Shown: in pieces, positions 29,548 to 42,186 of the stretch
Position numbering within the stretch: the stretch's first letter is position 1
Layout: every line of letters starts with the position of its first letter
NCBI RefSeq assembly: GCF_000150275.1
Contig: NW_002060951.1
Span: 2,775-66,774 of the forward strand
Length of the DNA stretch: 64,000 nt
From: Trichoplax adhaerens
Taxonomy: Eukaryota; Animalia; Placozoa
Direction: 5' to 3'
Translations under genes and position numbers: made by a program
Notes under the pieces: model-generated
What the model was told of the DNA's origin: nothing
The model's input: only the letters and a program-made list of their open reading frames with translations
The model's database searches: none

Positions 29548-32087
29548 ATGCCCTATATCCTAGACAATTCAACTCGTACTAACACTAATTTACGAATGGC
29601 AGAAAGTTCAGATATATCCAATTGGAATTGTACTTTGACAACAGACTGTCAACCGACCAATCTAGTTGGCCTATTCCTCATTTTATTCATCGTCGTAGTA
29701 AGCTTAGTTGGTAATTTTACAGCTATATACTACACAAGAAAGAATGCAAATACCATTGTGCAAACACTGTTATTCCATGTCCTAGCTTGTACAGATGTAT
29801 TAACATCACTGTTGACGTCGCCACTTGTCATTGCTTCCTACCTAAGTGGTAGATGGGTTGGTGGACAATTTGGTTGTAAATATGAATGTTGGGCGATCAA
29901 CGCTTGTGGCTGTTTTGCTGGTGTTGTAATAGTGGTTATTGCTATTGAGCGATGGATAGCGCTAACACAACCATATGAATATGAAAAAATCGTGACTATC
30001 CCCAAAATGAAGAAAGCCCTAATCGCTTTAGGCTTTATATATGGCACGTTTTTCATATCACCTACGCTAGGCTTTGGTCATGTTAGAATTTTCGAGCCAG
30101 GAACTTATTGTAATATTGACTGGTTCGCTACTCAGACAGAAGATCGTGTTTTTGCTGCGTTCTGTATTGGCATCATATTATCGTGCGTGGTTATTGTTAT
30201 CGCTTGTAACATACACGTAATAATTATTCTCAATAGACTCAGATTACAACGCAGAAAGTTAGAAATTAGTAGTACTGCAGCGGCTGAAAGGAAATTAAAA
30301 CGATCAGATTCAGAAACATCCATGGCTAAAATAATGATTATCATTACCATTTGTTACTGCATATGTTGGCTACCAGTTGCGGTAAGAATAACTTAATGAG
30401 TAGTAGGTATCGCCAAATTAGATCAAGAAAGAATCGTTAGAGCCTAGATCGCCTTTTGACACTGTACGGGGCTCCCTCTTTGTTTATACAATTTTACCAA
30501 GTGCAGTTTCAGTGTTATAATAAATTGATATCAATTTTAGTATTATGTTTTACGGAATATCGTACAGGATGGCTAATGTATCCCTCCCCTTTCCGTTGTG
30601 AAGAACTAAATCAGCTACTTGCATAATATTTCCGTAGTGTAATCATCGATTATACATGTATTATACGAATTATATAGTATTTATTATTAGTATTAACTAC
30701 GCCAGAAGTTGTACTCGACGTTAACGCTTTACGCCTATTTTATTCGTAAATGCCATATTAACATGAACTTAGTGGAAATCCCCTTTTTGTACATGCACGT
30801 CTTGTATCTGACTGCATGTAATAATTCAATTAATTAATTTCGGATTGCTCAGCTAGTGCGTACAGTAGAACAGACCGTCAATATTTACTGTGTGAATTTT
30901 TTACTGTAATTTAGTTATCCCCTGGCACCTAGTATTATACTAAATGCCGTGTTTTGGTAGACTGTAATACCATGCTTGCTACCAGAGACTTAGCAGCCCG
31001 TGTTGTAGCATTGAACACAACAATAAATTTAACGGCATAAATTATTCGTGCATTAATTACTTTTTGATGATAGCATTTCAATTTATAATCTCTACCTATC
31101 ATTATATCTTGATATCAACAGAGACATTAACCCATATGTTGTAATCGATAGTCACAAAAGTAAAAACCATTGAAAGATCATTAATATTGAATAAAACAAT
31201 AGAGAGAATGCATTGAAAATCAATGCATCATCAGTATTCGGAAATCATTGATGTCATAATAGCAACGGTAAACGACTGCTCTTTATATATTCTATAGCTC
31301 CTTTAACAGTTACTTTACCTCTACGATAACACTTAAACTTCTCTAGGTAGCTTCCTGCTTCAGATTAGTTGATAGTAAAATCTAATGGTTTTGTCATCCT
31401 GTCAGGGGCAATTAATAAAGATATAAACAAGTCCGTTCCATTTATTTTTAACTCCACACATAGGTTTTATTTTCCTATTCTGATAACTTAGTTAATCGAT
31501 CACTTTTTATTTTTATGGGCGGAAGAAATTATAGAAAGAAGAATTGTTATCAGATCAAACTATTAGTTATTCATCATTATCTAGACATTCAAAAATCAGT
31601 TATTATGAAGTAACTTACCTTATCGTACGGTGTCAAAAAATATTAACGTCTTGAATGGTAGAACGATAATTAAAATTGAAAATCTCGTTCATTGTTCAAT
31701 TTCAATTCTGCTCACATTTTCAAATACTCGTCGGAAATTAAATTTAATACAATAGAAACTATTATCATGTAATTATTTATAAGCTTATTCAAATTCATTG
31801 AGATTTGAAAAGATTTCTGATTTATCTCATTATTATAGATAAGATATATCTACAACCAATCTGGATTGCCAGCTGATCCTGCTGCAGATACAACAGCTTT
31901 TCGATTAGCAACTTTTAATGTTGTTTTCAATCCAATCATTCTTTTGGCATTGAAGAAAGAATTTCGAGTGAGGTTAATGTATGATCTCAGATCGAAGTGC
32001 TGCTTTAAATGCTGCCCTCCAATATCGCAGATTGACAGTGAGTACTATTACGTAGCATTCGTAGACTGCCCTATATACAGTGGATAA
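29548..32087 (+). CDS. Class A GPCR, prostanoid (EP4-like) receptor-like
   Basis: Exon 29548-30381 (TM1-TM6: GN, LACTD, AIERW, ECL2 EPGTYCNIDW, CWLP) and exon 31839-32087 (IRYIYNQ, TM7 AFRLATFNVVFNPII, helix 8 KKEFR, Cys cluster). Confidence 0.85.
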
Positions 32088-33529
32088 ATGATTTGTAGAT
32101 ACTATACAGCTTTGACGTGTTCTCGTTTTGTATAAAATCCATATTGTTATAAAATTGAAAATAATCAAAGATTAATTAAAGTAAATTTCTCTTTTGGATG
32201 TAGTTAGTATTATTATTTGATAATTTTATGTAAACTTTAATAAGTAGAGTTTGTTAATTTTAATGATATAACCGACCGTGTCCTAAATAATAAAATAGAC
32301 TTCACGATGGCGCATGTGTCGATGATCACACGAGAGCCTCTTTCCAACGCATGAAGCAGCCCTGCATTTGTTTACTTGATGAAGATTAAAACGTAGAAAG
32401 AAAGTAAAATATCGATTGGAAATATCGTACACAAGCCGATGTAAAGTCTTTATTGGAAGATTTGTAAAATACATTTAATGTAAATATAGTGTTATAATTT
32501 CGACAGTAAAAGTTAATTTTTACGTTTTGACGTAGAGAAAACTGTTACTAAAATTGAAGAAAGTGTGATATTTGCGATGAAATTTGTCAGTGACGAACAG
32601 TTTTATATCTAGCAATAATTGATATTATGGTATATTTCAACTTTTAGCAATCAACAGCACTAATCTCCCTCATCGTTCATTCTTTTGTTTGGCTTTGTTC
32701 CTTACCAAAATGTACAGGATAAATGATGGTTTCACCACCTTTTGTAGTTGTCTACTTGCTTCTGATTAATCTTACCGAAGATGCTCTGTAATTAGTGATT
32801 GGAAAAGAAACAAATTTTAGTTGTATGAAGTATAAGCGTATACCTTAGTATCAGTTACTATGCACCAATAGATTATTATTGACTTTAAGCAATGTTAACT
32901 GCCATAATTCACTGTGTATCAATGAGATAATGTACACTATGAATCCATATATCATTACTCTAAACTTAAGAATACTGTAATTATAAACGCCGCATGTAAA
33001 ATTTTATTTACTTTATTTCATGTTCATCATTTAATATTTGCAACGTGTTTTTTTATTATTACGTCAATCATGATCTGAGATTCCCTAGTTTATCTACAGT
33101 GCTATGAATCGCTTCTTTCATAATTTTATAAATTAAACTAAATAGCTTGTCTGCTTGTATTACGATACTAATGTACAGTCATTATTGGTCTTGATTATCT
33201 TCGTATGCAATATGGCATTGGAGAACAATGTGCAATAAAGTACAATTCACTCAAATCTTTAGCAATGCAATACAGTATTAATTATATTATATTAACTATG
33301 TAATTATGATATTAATTGTTATCAGCAGATGTTACTGCCGACAATTTCATAAAACAAAGCCCAAATACAACAGATTTTTTTCGTTTTTGTTTCAACATTG
33401 TGAGAAAATTCCCAACTACGATACATATTTAATATTTTAGAGGGCCATCTTTTGCAGGATAGTGCGCGATACAGTAGCGTAAACCTCTATTAGAATTCAT
33501 TGAATTGGTTTTACAGTTCAATTTAATAA

Positions 33530-34810
33530 TTATTTATCCTATGTTATTGCAATACTATACAGTACAATGAGTCGCGCTGCAGAAAGCGCGTACTACTGTG
33601 GTATTTTGTATGTGATAAGAGATTGTAGATGCATTATTCTTTTTGTCAATATATAGTACAGTACAATATAGTCGATGATTAGAGACCCTGTAAAAAGAGA
33701 CTAGTGTACGGTAATGTTATTTATTACTGGTCGATTCCTCGCTCGTTATACTGTACTGGTCTTTTACTTTTTAGTTTTTACTTATTGCTATCACATGGTG
33801 TACTGGATGATACGCCAGCGAGCGAGCGAGCTGAGCAAATTCAGTAGTACTGCACTGTGTCACATATAGTGTATTGTCATATGATATACTGTATATGACA
33901 TATACACTTATTATACAGTATGTGCATATGACAATATACTGGATGTATCCGTCCGTCACATTTAGCTAAAATTCTACCACTATCTTTGATATCGCCAATT
34001 ACTTCAATGTTTTTCGATAAGATATATTAGGTGATATGCACGCGCAACTTCTGTCTATCTCTCTCTCTCTCTCTCTTTGACTTTTGAAAGGCTATTAAAG
34101 GACCTATTCCCATAATATAAGTTAGTGATCGATATCGTGCTACTCTCTGATTCTATGTGTTTCTTCTGATATGATTTCAAATCATTCTACTTTCTCTGTA
34201 TTATTTGTATATGTATTGACTCACGTATTCGACACAAAATATTACATACTGTATGTACAGTGTACAGTACGCTACTCATTGCACCGTACTGTGTACTGCA
34301 CTATACTGTAGACTGTAGAGGTCACGTACGGGTACGGTGCAACACTGCAGAAGCGTTGGAGTAATTGAGGCGGCATTCAGTACTCAGTATCGTACGGTGG
34401 CCGAGAACAGCACTGTACAAGTGTACAGTACTGTATTGTACTCAATCTGTGTCTCAATCCGAGTCAATCGTGAAGGCTTTTGAAATTTTTCCATTCACAA
34501 AAAACTATACAGTACTGTGCACTGTACAAGTGTACATTGTACTGTACTACTAAAATGACAAGCAAAATACGGTTGGCAGTCAGAGATTACTAAAAATTAG
34601 CAGTCCTTGAGGCAGTATTACTGTACTGTAGGTCGGAGTTGAGAGTGAGTACCAGCGTTGTTGATAATACTGTACAATGTTTAATTTAAAGTCGGCTAGT
34701 AGTCTAATCCAGTATTTAGTGATTTAGTACAGTACTGTATAATACAGTACAGTAAGCCAGAGTTGACTTTGATATCGACCTACTGTACTGTACATTGACT
34801 GTAGTCTGTA
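33530..34810. repeat. GTAC-centred 5-mer island(s) upstream of BTF3, densest 34240-34810; includes (CT)n at 34058-34076
   Basis: gtacagtgtacagtac, cagtactgtgcactgtac etc.; TGACTCA at 34217-34223; first candidate donor ga|gtaagt at 34934. Confidence 0.8.
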
Positions 34811-36272
34811 GGTGTTCTCGGTCATGCGCATCACAGCAGTGCATTGGATTTGATCTTCCACTAAGTTTTAACTTTAACAGGAAAGCACGAGGAGTCTGCA
34901 GCACACCAACGGAACCTGCAAAGCTGCGAAGGAGTAAGTAACGCATTAGATATTTGCATCCAATCACTTTGTCAGTAATTATTCCGAACACTAAATCATG
35001 CTGGTATATTAGAGAGATGATGTATCTAGTTATTGCTGTATTTGCTGGTGAATATATCTTGACTCTTCTTGGTATACCTTGTATCGTAAAGACGTGAAAG
35101 TTCTAGTTTTTCCCACAGGTCAAAGCAGATTGTTCGCTACCGTAAATGTTCACAATTCACCATTTACCTTCGCATCTCACAACTGTTGGTTAATTTTACA
35201 AATACGACAGAAATAATTATTACTGTATAACGGTGTATGTCAATATAATTTTTCCAAAGTATTTTATTAATTACAGTAAAAGAAATGTTTAACGCTAGAG
35301 CTGAATGGTTTCAGTTATCGACGCACTGTACAACTCAGTGTACAGTCGATTTTAACTACGAGCCGAATGATATCGAATCTTGATAGACATCTTCAGTCGA
35401 TTTTTTGGGACAGTCTATCTACTTTGTGTACAGTATTCTGAATGTAAATTTTGAATAGGTATCAGCACAATACTATCTAAAATTAACTCGTTCCAACTAA
35501 AAACATTTGAATAATGCGTTGGATCTTATTATTTTATTACATTTAATATTGACTGTCAGGTTAATACACCATACACTATTACTCACGGCATATTGAGATA
35601 TAGTCATATCGCTGAAGTGGTTTTTCGTACCATTTGCTTGTACATTTAGAATCGATTATGCATCTTTTTTTACCTAATTATATCGTTATAATACATTATT
35701 CTATAATAAAAACGTTATAACTGTACCTCTAAATCATTGACAAACTCTACTTTTTGATACTGTACTACTGTGTTGCTTTACGTATGCGTTTATAGTGGTA
35801 GTCATGTTGTCTAATCATTTCACTATACAGTACACTTAAAAAATTCGATAGAAAATGTACGAAGTACAGCATATGTATCTTTTTAACTGCAATTCACAAT
35901 CATTCAAATCAAATACTATCAAATTCAATTGGGTTTATTTAAACCTAATGAAGGTAGATACATAAAACTGGAGCTTTAAGCGAATCCTTATAACCCTTAT
36001 ACATCAATATCAAATATTGTCAGTAGTTGTATCTTAGGCGAGTAGATTCTGTGCTATATACAACTGGCAATGTTACAATCTAATGGGTTTTCCGCTTGTT
36101 TTTGCGCTATCCATATTTTATACTACTATAATTCTTGCTATTGAAGCGTCCCTGACATACTTGACGATTATAACTTCTTTGGCTTCATCTTAGCAATTGT
36201 CATCGAAAGTGCTTAGTTAAACGTTTTAATAAATGGACTGCTTTATAGATACCGTAGTACGTGAGTGGACTA

Positions 36273-37640
36273 ATGAATCAGGAGAAAGTTAATAAATTAC
36301 AACATCAAGTCCGCCAAGTCCGCATTGGTGGCAAGGTAACTAAAGTTCATTTTGTGTTTGATTTATTTTAATTCAATCTTGATGATAGCGCTTGTAATGT
36401 GCATTACCCATCGATTATTTAAGGATCATTTGTAGAGTAATTGCAATTGATATCCTTACTGTACGTTCTTTTTCTTGTAACGTTCTTAGGGGACACCAAG
36501 GAGAAAGAAGAAAGTTGTTCATAGAAGTGCAACTACTGATGATAAAAAGTTACAGGTACAAACACAGTATAATATTGACTGGATGTTGTGGCTAAATCTG
36601 CTTGCTAGGCTACTGTTGATCTATCAGCCTCACTTATTAGGAGATAAATATGTTGGAAATTGTATCTGATATTATGCTTTTGTATCACTGAAGACTACCT
36701 TAAAGAAGATTCCGGTCAACCAAATTCCTAGTATAGAAGAGGTATACTTGGATTTTCTGTTTACGAATTTCATTTAAACTAATCTCCAATATCTGTATAT
36801 CATTGATGTGCTGTAAATGCACTTCTAATAGCCTGTCTGGATACCCACCCTATAATCAATTTCATTAATGTTAAACTATCTATAACCTCTAGGTCAACAT
36901 GATTAAAAGTAATGACACTGTTATCCATTTTGCAAATCCCAAAGGTACCGTAAATTATCTTTCCATCTTGTAATTTTACCTCCTTTCCATGTGTTCATAT
37001 CGTAATATTTTATTCCAAATTTATTTTTTAGTACAAGCTTCTCTTGCTGCCAATATCTTTGCAATTTCTGGTCATGCAGAAAATAAAAGTAATTATTGAC
37101 AACAATTTAGCCATGGTATCAGTTGCTTGACGGGATTAGTAAATTTCTTGTAATGATTAATGGATTTCTTAATTTCGTTTCAGCTGTTGCCGAAATGATA
37201 CCTGGCATTTTGAATCAAATGGTACGACACCTATTTATTGACGATAATTAGTTTGTGTATGGTAACTGATAACTATTTTTCGTATCCTAAAATTAGGGTG
37301 GTGATAGACTTGCTAATTTACAACACTTGGTTCAGAAATATGTGTCGGCAGGTAAATGTTGCAAAACTAGTAGACATTATTGAATTCAATTTCTGGTGTT
37401 ATGCTTACTGAAACCAAACACTGTCAATTACGTTAAGGTGAAAATCCTAAAGCCCCTGTAGAAGCCGATGACGATGTTCCAGGTTGAAAATCTTTACATA
37501 TGCTTATTGTACAATTTGTGGAAATATAATCTTATAAATGTATGTATGTATAGTTTACAAGTATAGATACTAACGCCCTCTTTTGACTTACAGATTTGGT
37601 GGAAAACTTCGACGAAGCATCGAAAGATGAATCTACTTAG
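36273..37640 (+). CDS. BTF3: Nascent polypeptide-associated complex beta / BTF3
   Basis: Nine short exons: MNQEKVNKLQHQVRQVRIGGK|GTPRRKKKVVH..DDKKLQ|..IEE|VNMIK..VIHFANPK|VQASLAANIFAISGHAENK|..PGILNQM|..|DDDVP|DLVENFDEASKDEST*. Confidence 0.96.
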
Positions 37641-38033
37641 ATGTCAGCCTATTTTAACTTTCATGCCGTTTACAACAACATTTATCTTTTAGCTAATTTT
37701 GCCTTTTTTCTCTTTTAAGTATTAAGTATAGTGAGGCCTAAAAATACTAATTTTAGGGCCTTTCTTTGTTGCTCATCGCGTTTCACAGTGTAACATTTGT
37801 AATTGAAACGCATACAATATCGCAATTCAACGTTCTAATTAAAAAGTTGTATAAAAAATTTTATGATCGTAATTATTTTTTGATCATTTCACAAATTTGT
37901 TGCGGTTGGCCAGAGGTTATTATCATAAAATATCTCAGAGACGCAACCGCGCTGTATAACTATAATACCTTAGTTGCTGGATAGTGTTGACGTTGACGTA
38001 ATAGTAAGCATATCTTTATACTGATGAGCTACT

Positions 38034-40892
38034 TTACCATATTTTAGTTGTTACTTTGTTTACATGTAATACAACAATTATAAAAGAAACAGCGTATATG
38101 TAACCAACTAGAATAACGGCTGCTAAAATATTATCTACTCTGATTGTATTCATACTCAAATTTACACTACCAGTCATTACATTCGCTAATAAAAAATATC
38201 CTAACTGGTTCCTTTCGATAGCCGCATACAAACATGCGCATGTGCGATTTCTATCTGAGGAGTCCTGCTAGCAAAGTATAGCCAAAAACATTGCTGTTTT
38301 AATTTGATTGCACAATCAACATCAGTCTACTATTACAGTATTATTGAAACCTAACTACAACATTCATAGTTACCTTGGTCATTTTCAATTCTGTATCACG
38401 TAACTCCAGTGTAGGCGTGCATACTGAACATCCAGCTAATGGCATTTCTTCGCAAAAGTTACCCGTCATAGTAAAATAGGTACTGATAAGTTCCACCAGT
38501 AAGTACATAAATATATTGAAAGCCATAAAGGCTAGCTGTAATTTAAAGCCATATTATAAATGAGACGCACAAGTAAGAACATAACTTAGATCAAACAGTA
38601 TTGTCTAAATAAACTCAATCATAGACTTACCATCCATAGAACGTACGAAAAATTGGCAAATCGTCGAGATACGGGCTCGAACAATTCGGCATTGAACCAA
38701 GTGAGTTCCCATAAAACGATATCAACAATAATCAATATTACTAAGACCTTTAACCACCTAGTTAAAGACGATCTGCATTCAAGATAATAGATATGCAACT
38801 TAGAAATAAAATTTACAATTACTACTGTAAACCAACTTACATATCAAATTAAGTATTTACAAGCGATTAAATAAAGAAATAATGACTCCAGATCAAATCT
38901 AGTAGTACTAGTAAATTTCAAATTAATTATAGTTACGCAAGTGTTTCTCAGCTACTGACATTGGTTTTAGTAGTTGTTTGCCGATTTCTATTCCAATTAG
39001 GTACAATGATAAATATCCAATACAAGAGAATATCCCTTCTCTATTGGCTTCAATAATTCCGTTTCTCCCTCCACTTCCATCAAATCCCGAAATTATAACA
39101 TCTTTCAAATTATAGTTTGTTAATGTAACTTGATAAAATACACCAATGCAAGCTCCAATTAATCCACTAAGGCTGATCGGGATGATAATAAATATCAGGG
39201 ACGCCAGTAACTATATTCGAAAAGATGCAATGACCAATGTAAAAAATTTATCATTATTATTTATTTATTATTGATAGTAGAAAACATTTTAACCTGCCAA
39301 TACATTTGTGTTTACTATATGAGTGTCAATTTACCTACCCTAATGGCAGCCAAGGTAAAAAAGAAATTCCAGTGCACCCCGTACTCACTTACATGTAGTT
39401 GATAATTTATACCTGCTGTAGCAATCAAACGACCAACACCTATCACTACTAAGGGCATTATCGACTTTAATGATTTTACTAATGATGACGAAAAGGGGGC
39501 AGAGGCATTGCCTTGATGTAAATTATTATCTGAGAAGAAATTCCAGACATCAAGTATTAATTATCCAGTCATTCTGAGACATCTCAATTTTAAAGATCTA
39601 GTCTGTAATATAACAATACATCCGAATACAAGATACAATGGCTAAAATCTTTAAAATGATACAGAATCACAATTTTAACATTCTAATGGCTTATGCCTTT
39701 CTTAGTTTAGGAGTAATTCAGCTTTTGTACGTTAAGTTCAAAAACTAAGCAATCTTAAATAGTTTAGTGTGTCAATAAATGGTGAATATTATTGCTCTTA
39801 CCTTTGCCACGAGCAGTTTGAGCTTTTTTATTGTAACGATAGATAGAATATCTCGCTTCAGGTGCAACGATAGCAGCTGCTAAAACGAAGCAACCTACAC
39901 CAATATCCATAAGCCCATGTCCATAGGTTTCGGCTTTTGCAAGACATCTTGGAAAGATTTTAAAGTCAACAGCAAGAATAGCAATAGCTGTGCAGATGTT
40001 GACCTCAATTCTGTAGTAGGATATGAATTTCAGCTGACAACTAACATTTAAATTATTGAAGTCTATTTTCTTCTTAGATAAGGAATGTCTAGGTGGTTGT
40101 TGATATCGCCACAAAATGCTTGCTACGATTATTGTTATCATTGTCACGAAGAGAACATAGCAATAATCATACATAATTGTACACGATAAAAGAAATGGCA
40201 GGCATAAACAAGCAACGTCTAAGGTAAATCTGGACCTAAAATGCGTAGAAACCATTAGCATACAATTAGCTGGCATAAGTCTGCTTTTATTTAATGCATT
40301 AAGAATCACTCATGTTACAAAGGCTAACCAATACAGTATTCCTGTATTACGCACATTACTGTATATTGCGAAAGTATGTGGCAGCGTATTTCCTGTATAA
40401 CGTAAAATGCATAATGGAATCATTTATTTTATAAAAATACGTATATTTAATTACAGTAAGGCTTATGCGTAAGTAAAATACGCGTGGTGCTATTAATACC
40501 GGTGGATCTCTAAATGGACATTTTCGATCAGATTAATAAATATTCGTAAATAATAAATGTATTAGATCGTGGAATGTGAGGAGTTTACAATCACCATCGT
40601 AGATACTTATGCCAAGAAGATTTTTTACAGAACTTCTTCAAAATCATTCTATAGATTTAGATAATTATCGCAAAGTCGAGGAAACACTGAGTAGATTAAT
40701 CAAATTTTATTACATCAAAAGAGCTTACCATTGGTTTGAACGGTTTAATTTGATGCCAATGAGAGCAATAATACATTGTCGAAATAAGATGGAAATCGGC
40801 ATTAATGATGTTAGAGATAGTATTTCAATAGTAGTTGTACCGTTGAGATGACTGACAAACTGTTCTCTTTCTAGCCTAGAATCGGTATCCAT
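38034..40892 (-). CDS. PIGW: GPI inositol acyltransferase PIG-W (GWT1)
   Basis: MDTDSRLEREQFVSHLNGTTTIEI; TAIAILAVDFKIFPRCLAKAETYGHGLMDIGVG; YQLHVSEYGVHWNFFFTL; ANREGIFSCIGYLSLY; PVSRRFANFSYVLW; NQLGYFLLANVMTGSVN; ends KIW*. Confidence 0.96.
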
Positions 40893-41434
40893 AATGTTTC
40901 TCCTGCATACAATCTACATATGCATAAAGCTAAATCTTAATTCTCGATGTTGCTTAGGTGATCGATGAGGACAGTAAGTGTACGTTCATGCAATCAAGAT
41001 ATCGATCGATTGATTACAATATCCTATCACTACTAGAAGCACGAAATCTACTGGGCCAAATAATATTCTGTTATATCTAGGCCAAGAAGTATTGCCCTAG
41101 GTTGATTAAAATCGAAGTGTACGGAATCCTTTTAACCAAATTATAACAGATTTAACAGTAATTTATCGCAAAATTCCTCAAGCTACCTCATGACTTGTAT
41201 GTAAGTGCTCGTATACCTTGATTTATCGTACCGCAATAATCTCAATCCTTGTAATAATGAATAATATACAATAAAATTAGAGCTGAGTAGCTGTGATGCC
41301 AATAGCAAGGCGTATGTGGATTCCTTTCTGGACTAGAAGAAGTTTAGTTTAGCAAGATATTGCAACAATCTGTGAGTTTTGTTTACAGCTGGAGCACCTA
41401 GGAGTGACCATTTCCCTTACAGGTTTCCATAGTT

Positions 41435-41570
41435 TCTGTAGTACTGCGCTGTACTGTACCATGGGCTACTAAAATACCAGCAGATTTAGTAATAGTCCAT
41501 GACGGTACAGTGCAGATCATATACTCTACAGTATGTTAAAGGCGTACAGTACATACTGTACAGCATTACC
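41435..41570. repeat. Small GTAC-centred 5-mer island between divergent PIGW and MUTYH
   Basis: ctgtagtactgcgctgtactgtac...gtacagtacatactgtacag. Confidence 0.65.
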
Positions 41571-42186
41571 GACATTGTGTAGTATGCTAAACCTACACTA
41601 TCTTATGTGCAATACATAACTGCCTCGGCCATACACAACACTCATAATTTTTCATCGTTCTGTAAACTATATGACTACTAGTAAACTATATATCGCTCTC
41701 GCTCGTAGGCTAAATACGCAAACATTGATTAGGAGCAAGTAGAAAAGGACCACTGCTGCAGTCTGAATAAACCAACGATATGCAAGGACAACAGTAGCTG
41801 CAAAACCTGTAAATACTGAAATTGTGAGCTCAACAGAGTTTGCATGCAGATATCCGCTGTCCAAAATATAGTATATTGAGCAATACAGAGCTCATTGGAA
41901 TACTTTCTTTAGGACTGCTTTATATGATTGGTATACTATCCTCAATTTAAGACCTTCTCCGGCTATCATGCTAAACTGCTACTGACACAGTCGTGTGCGC
42001 AATTAATACGACTTTGCAAAGGTTAGCCTATGGATATTGTATTCTAATTTTGCTGAAATCAGCTACGAGATACGTGTAAGAATGTAAATGCAATCAAATG
42101 AATTTACTGTTAATACATAACATGTTGTACGCTTATAGAAGGTGCTATATTTTAGCATATTAAGTTATAGTCCTTGCTAGCACATC

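Noticed and set aside
36306-36323. 9-nt duplication caagtccgc x2 in BTF3 (QVRQVR)
   Set aside because: Real but trivial in-frame micro-duplication in a variable N-terminal segment.
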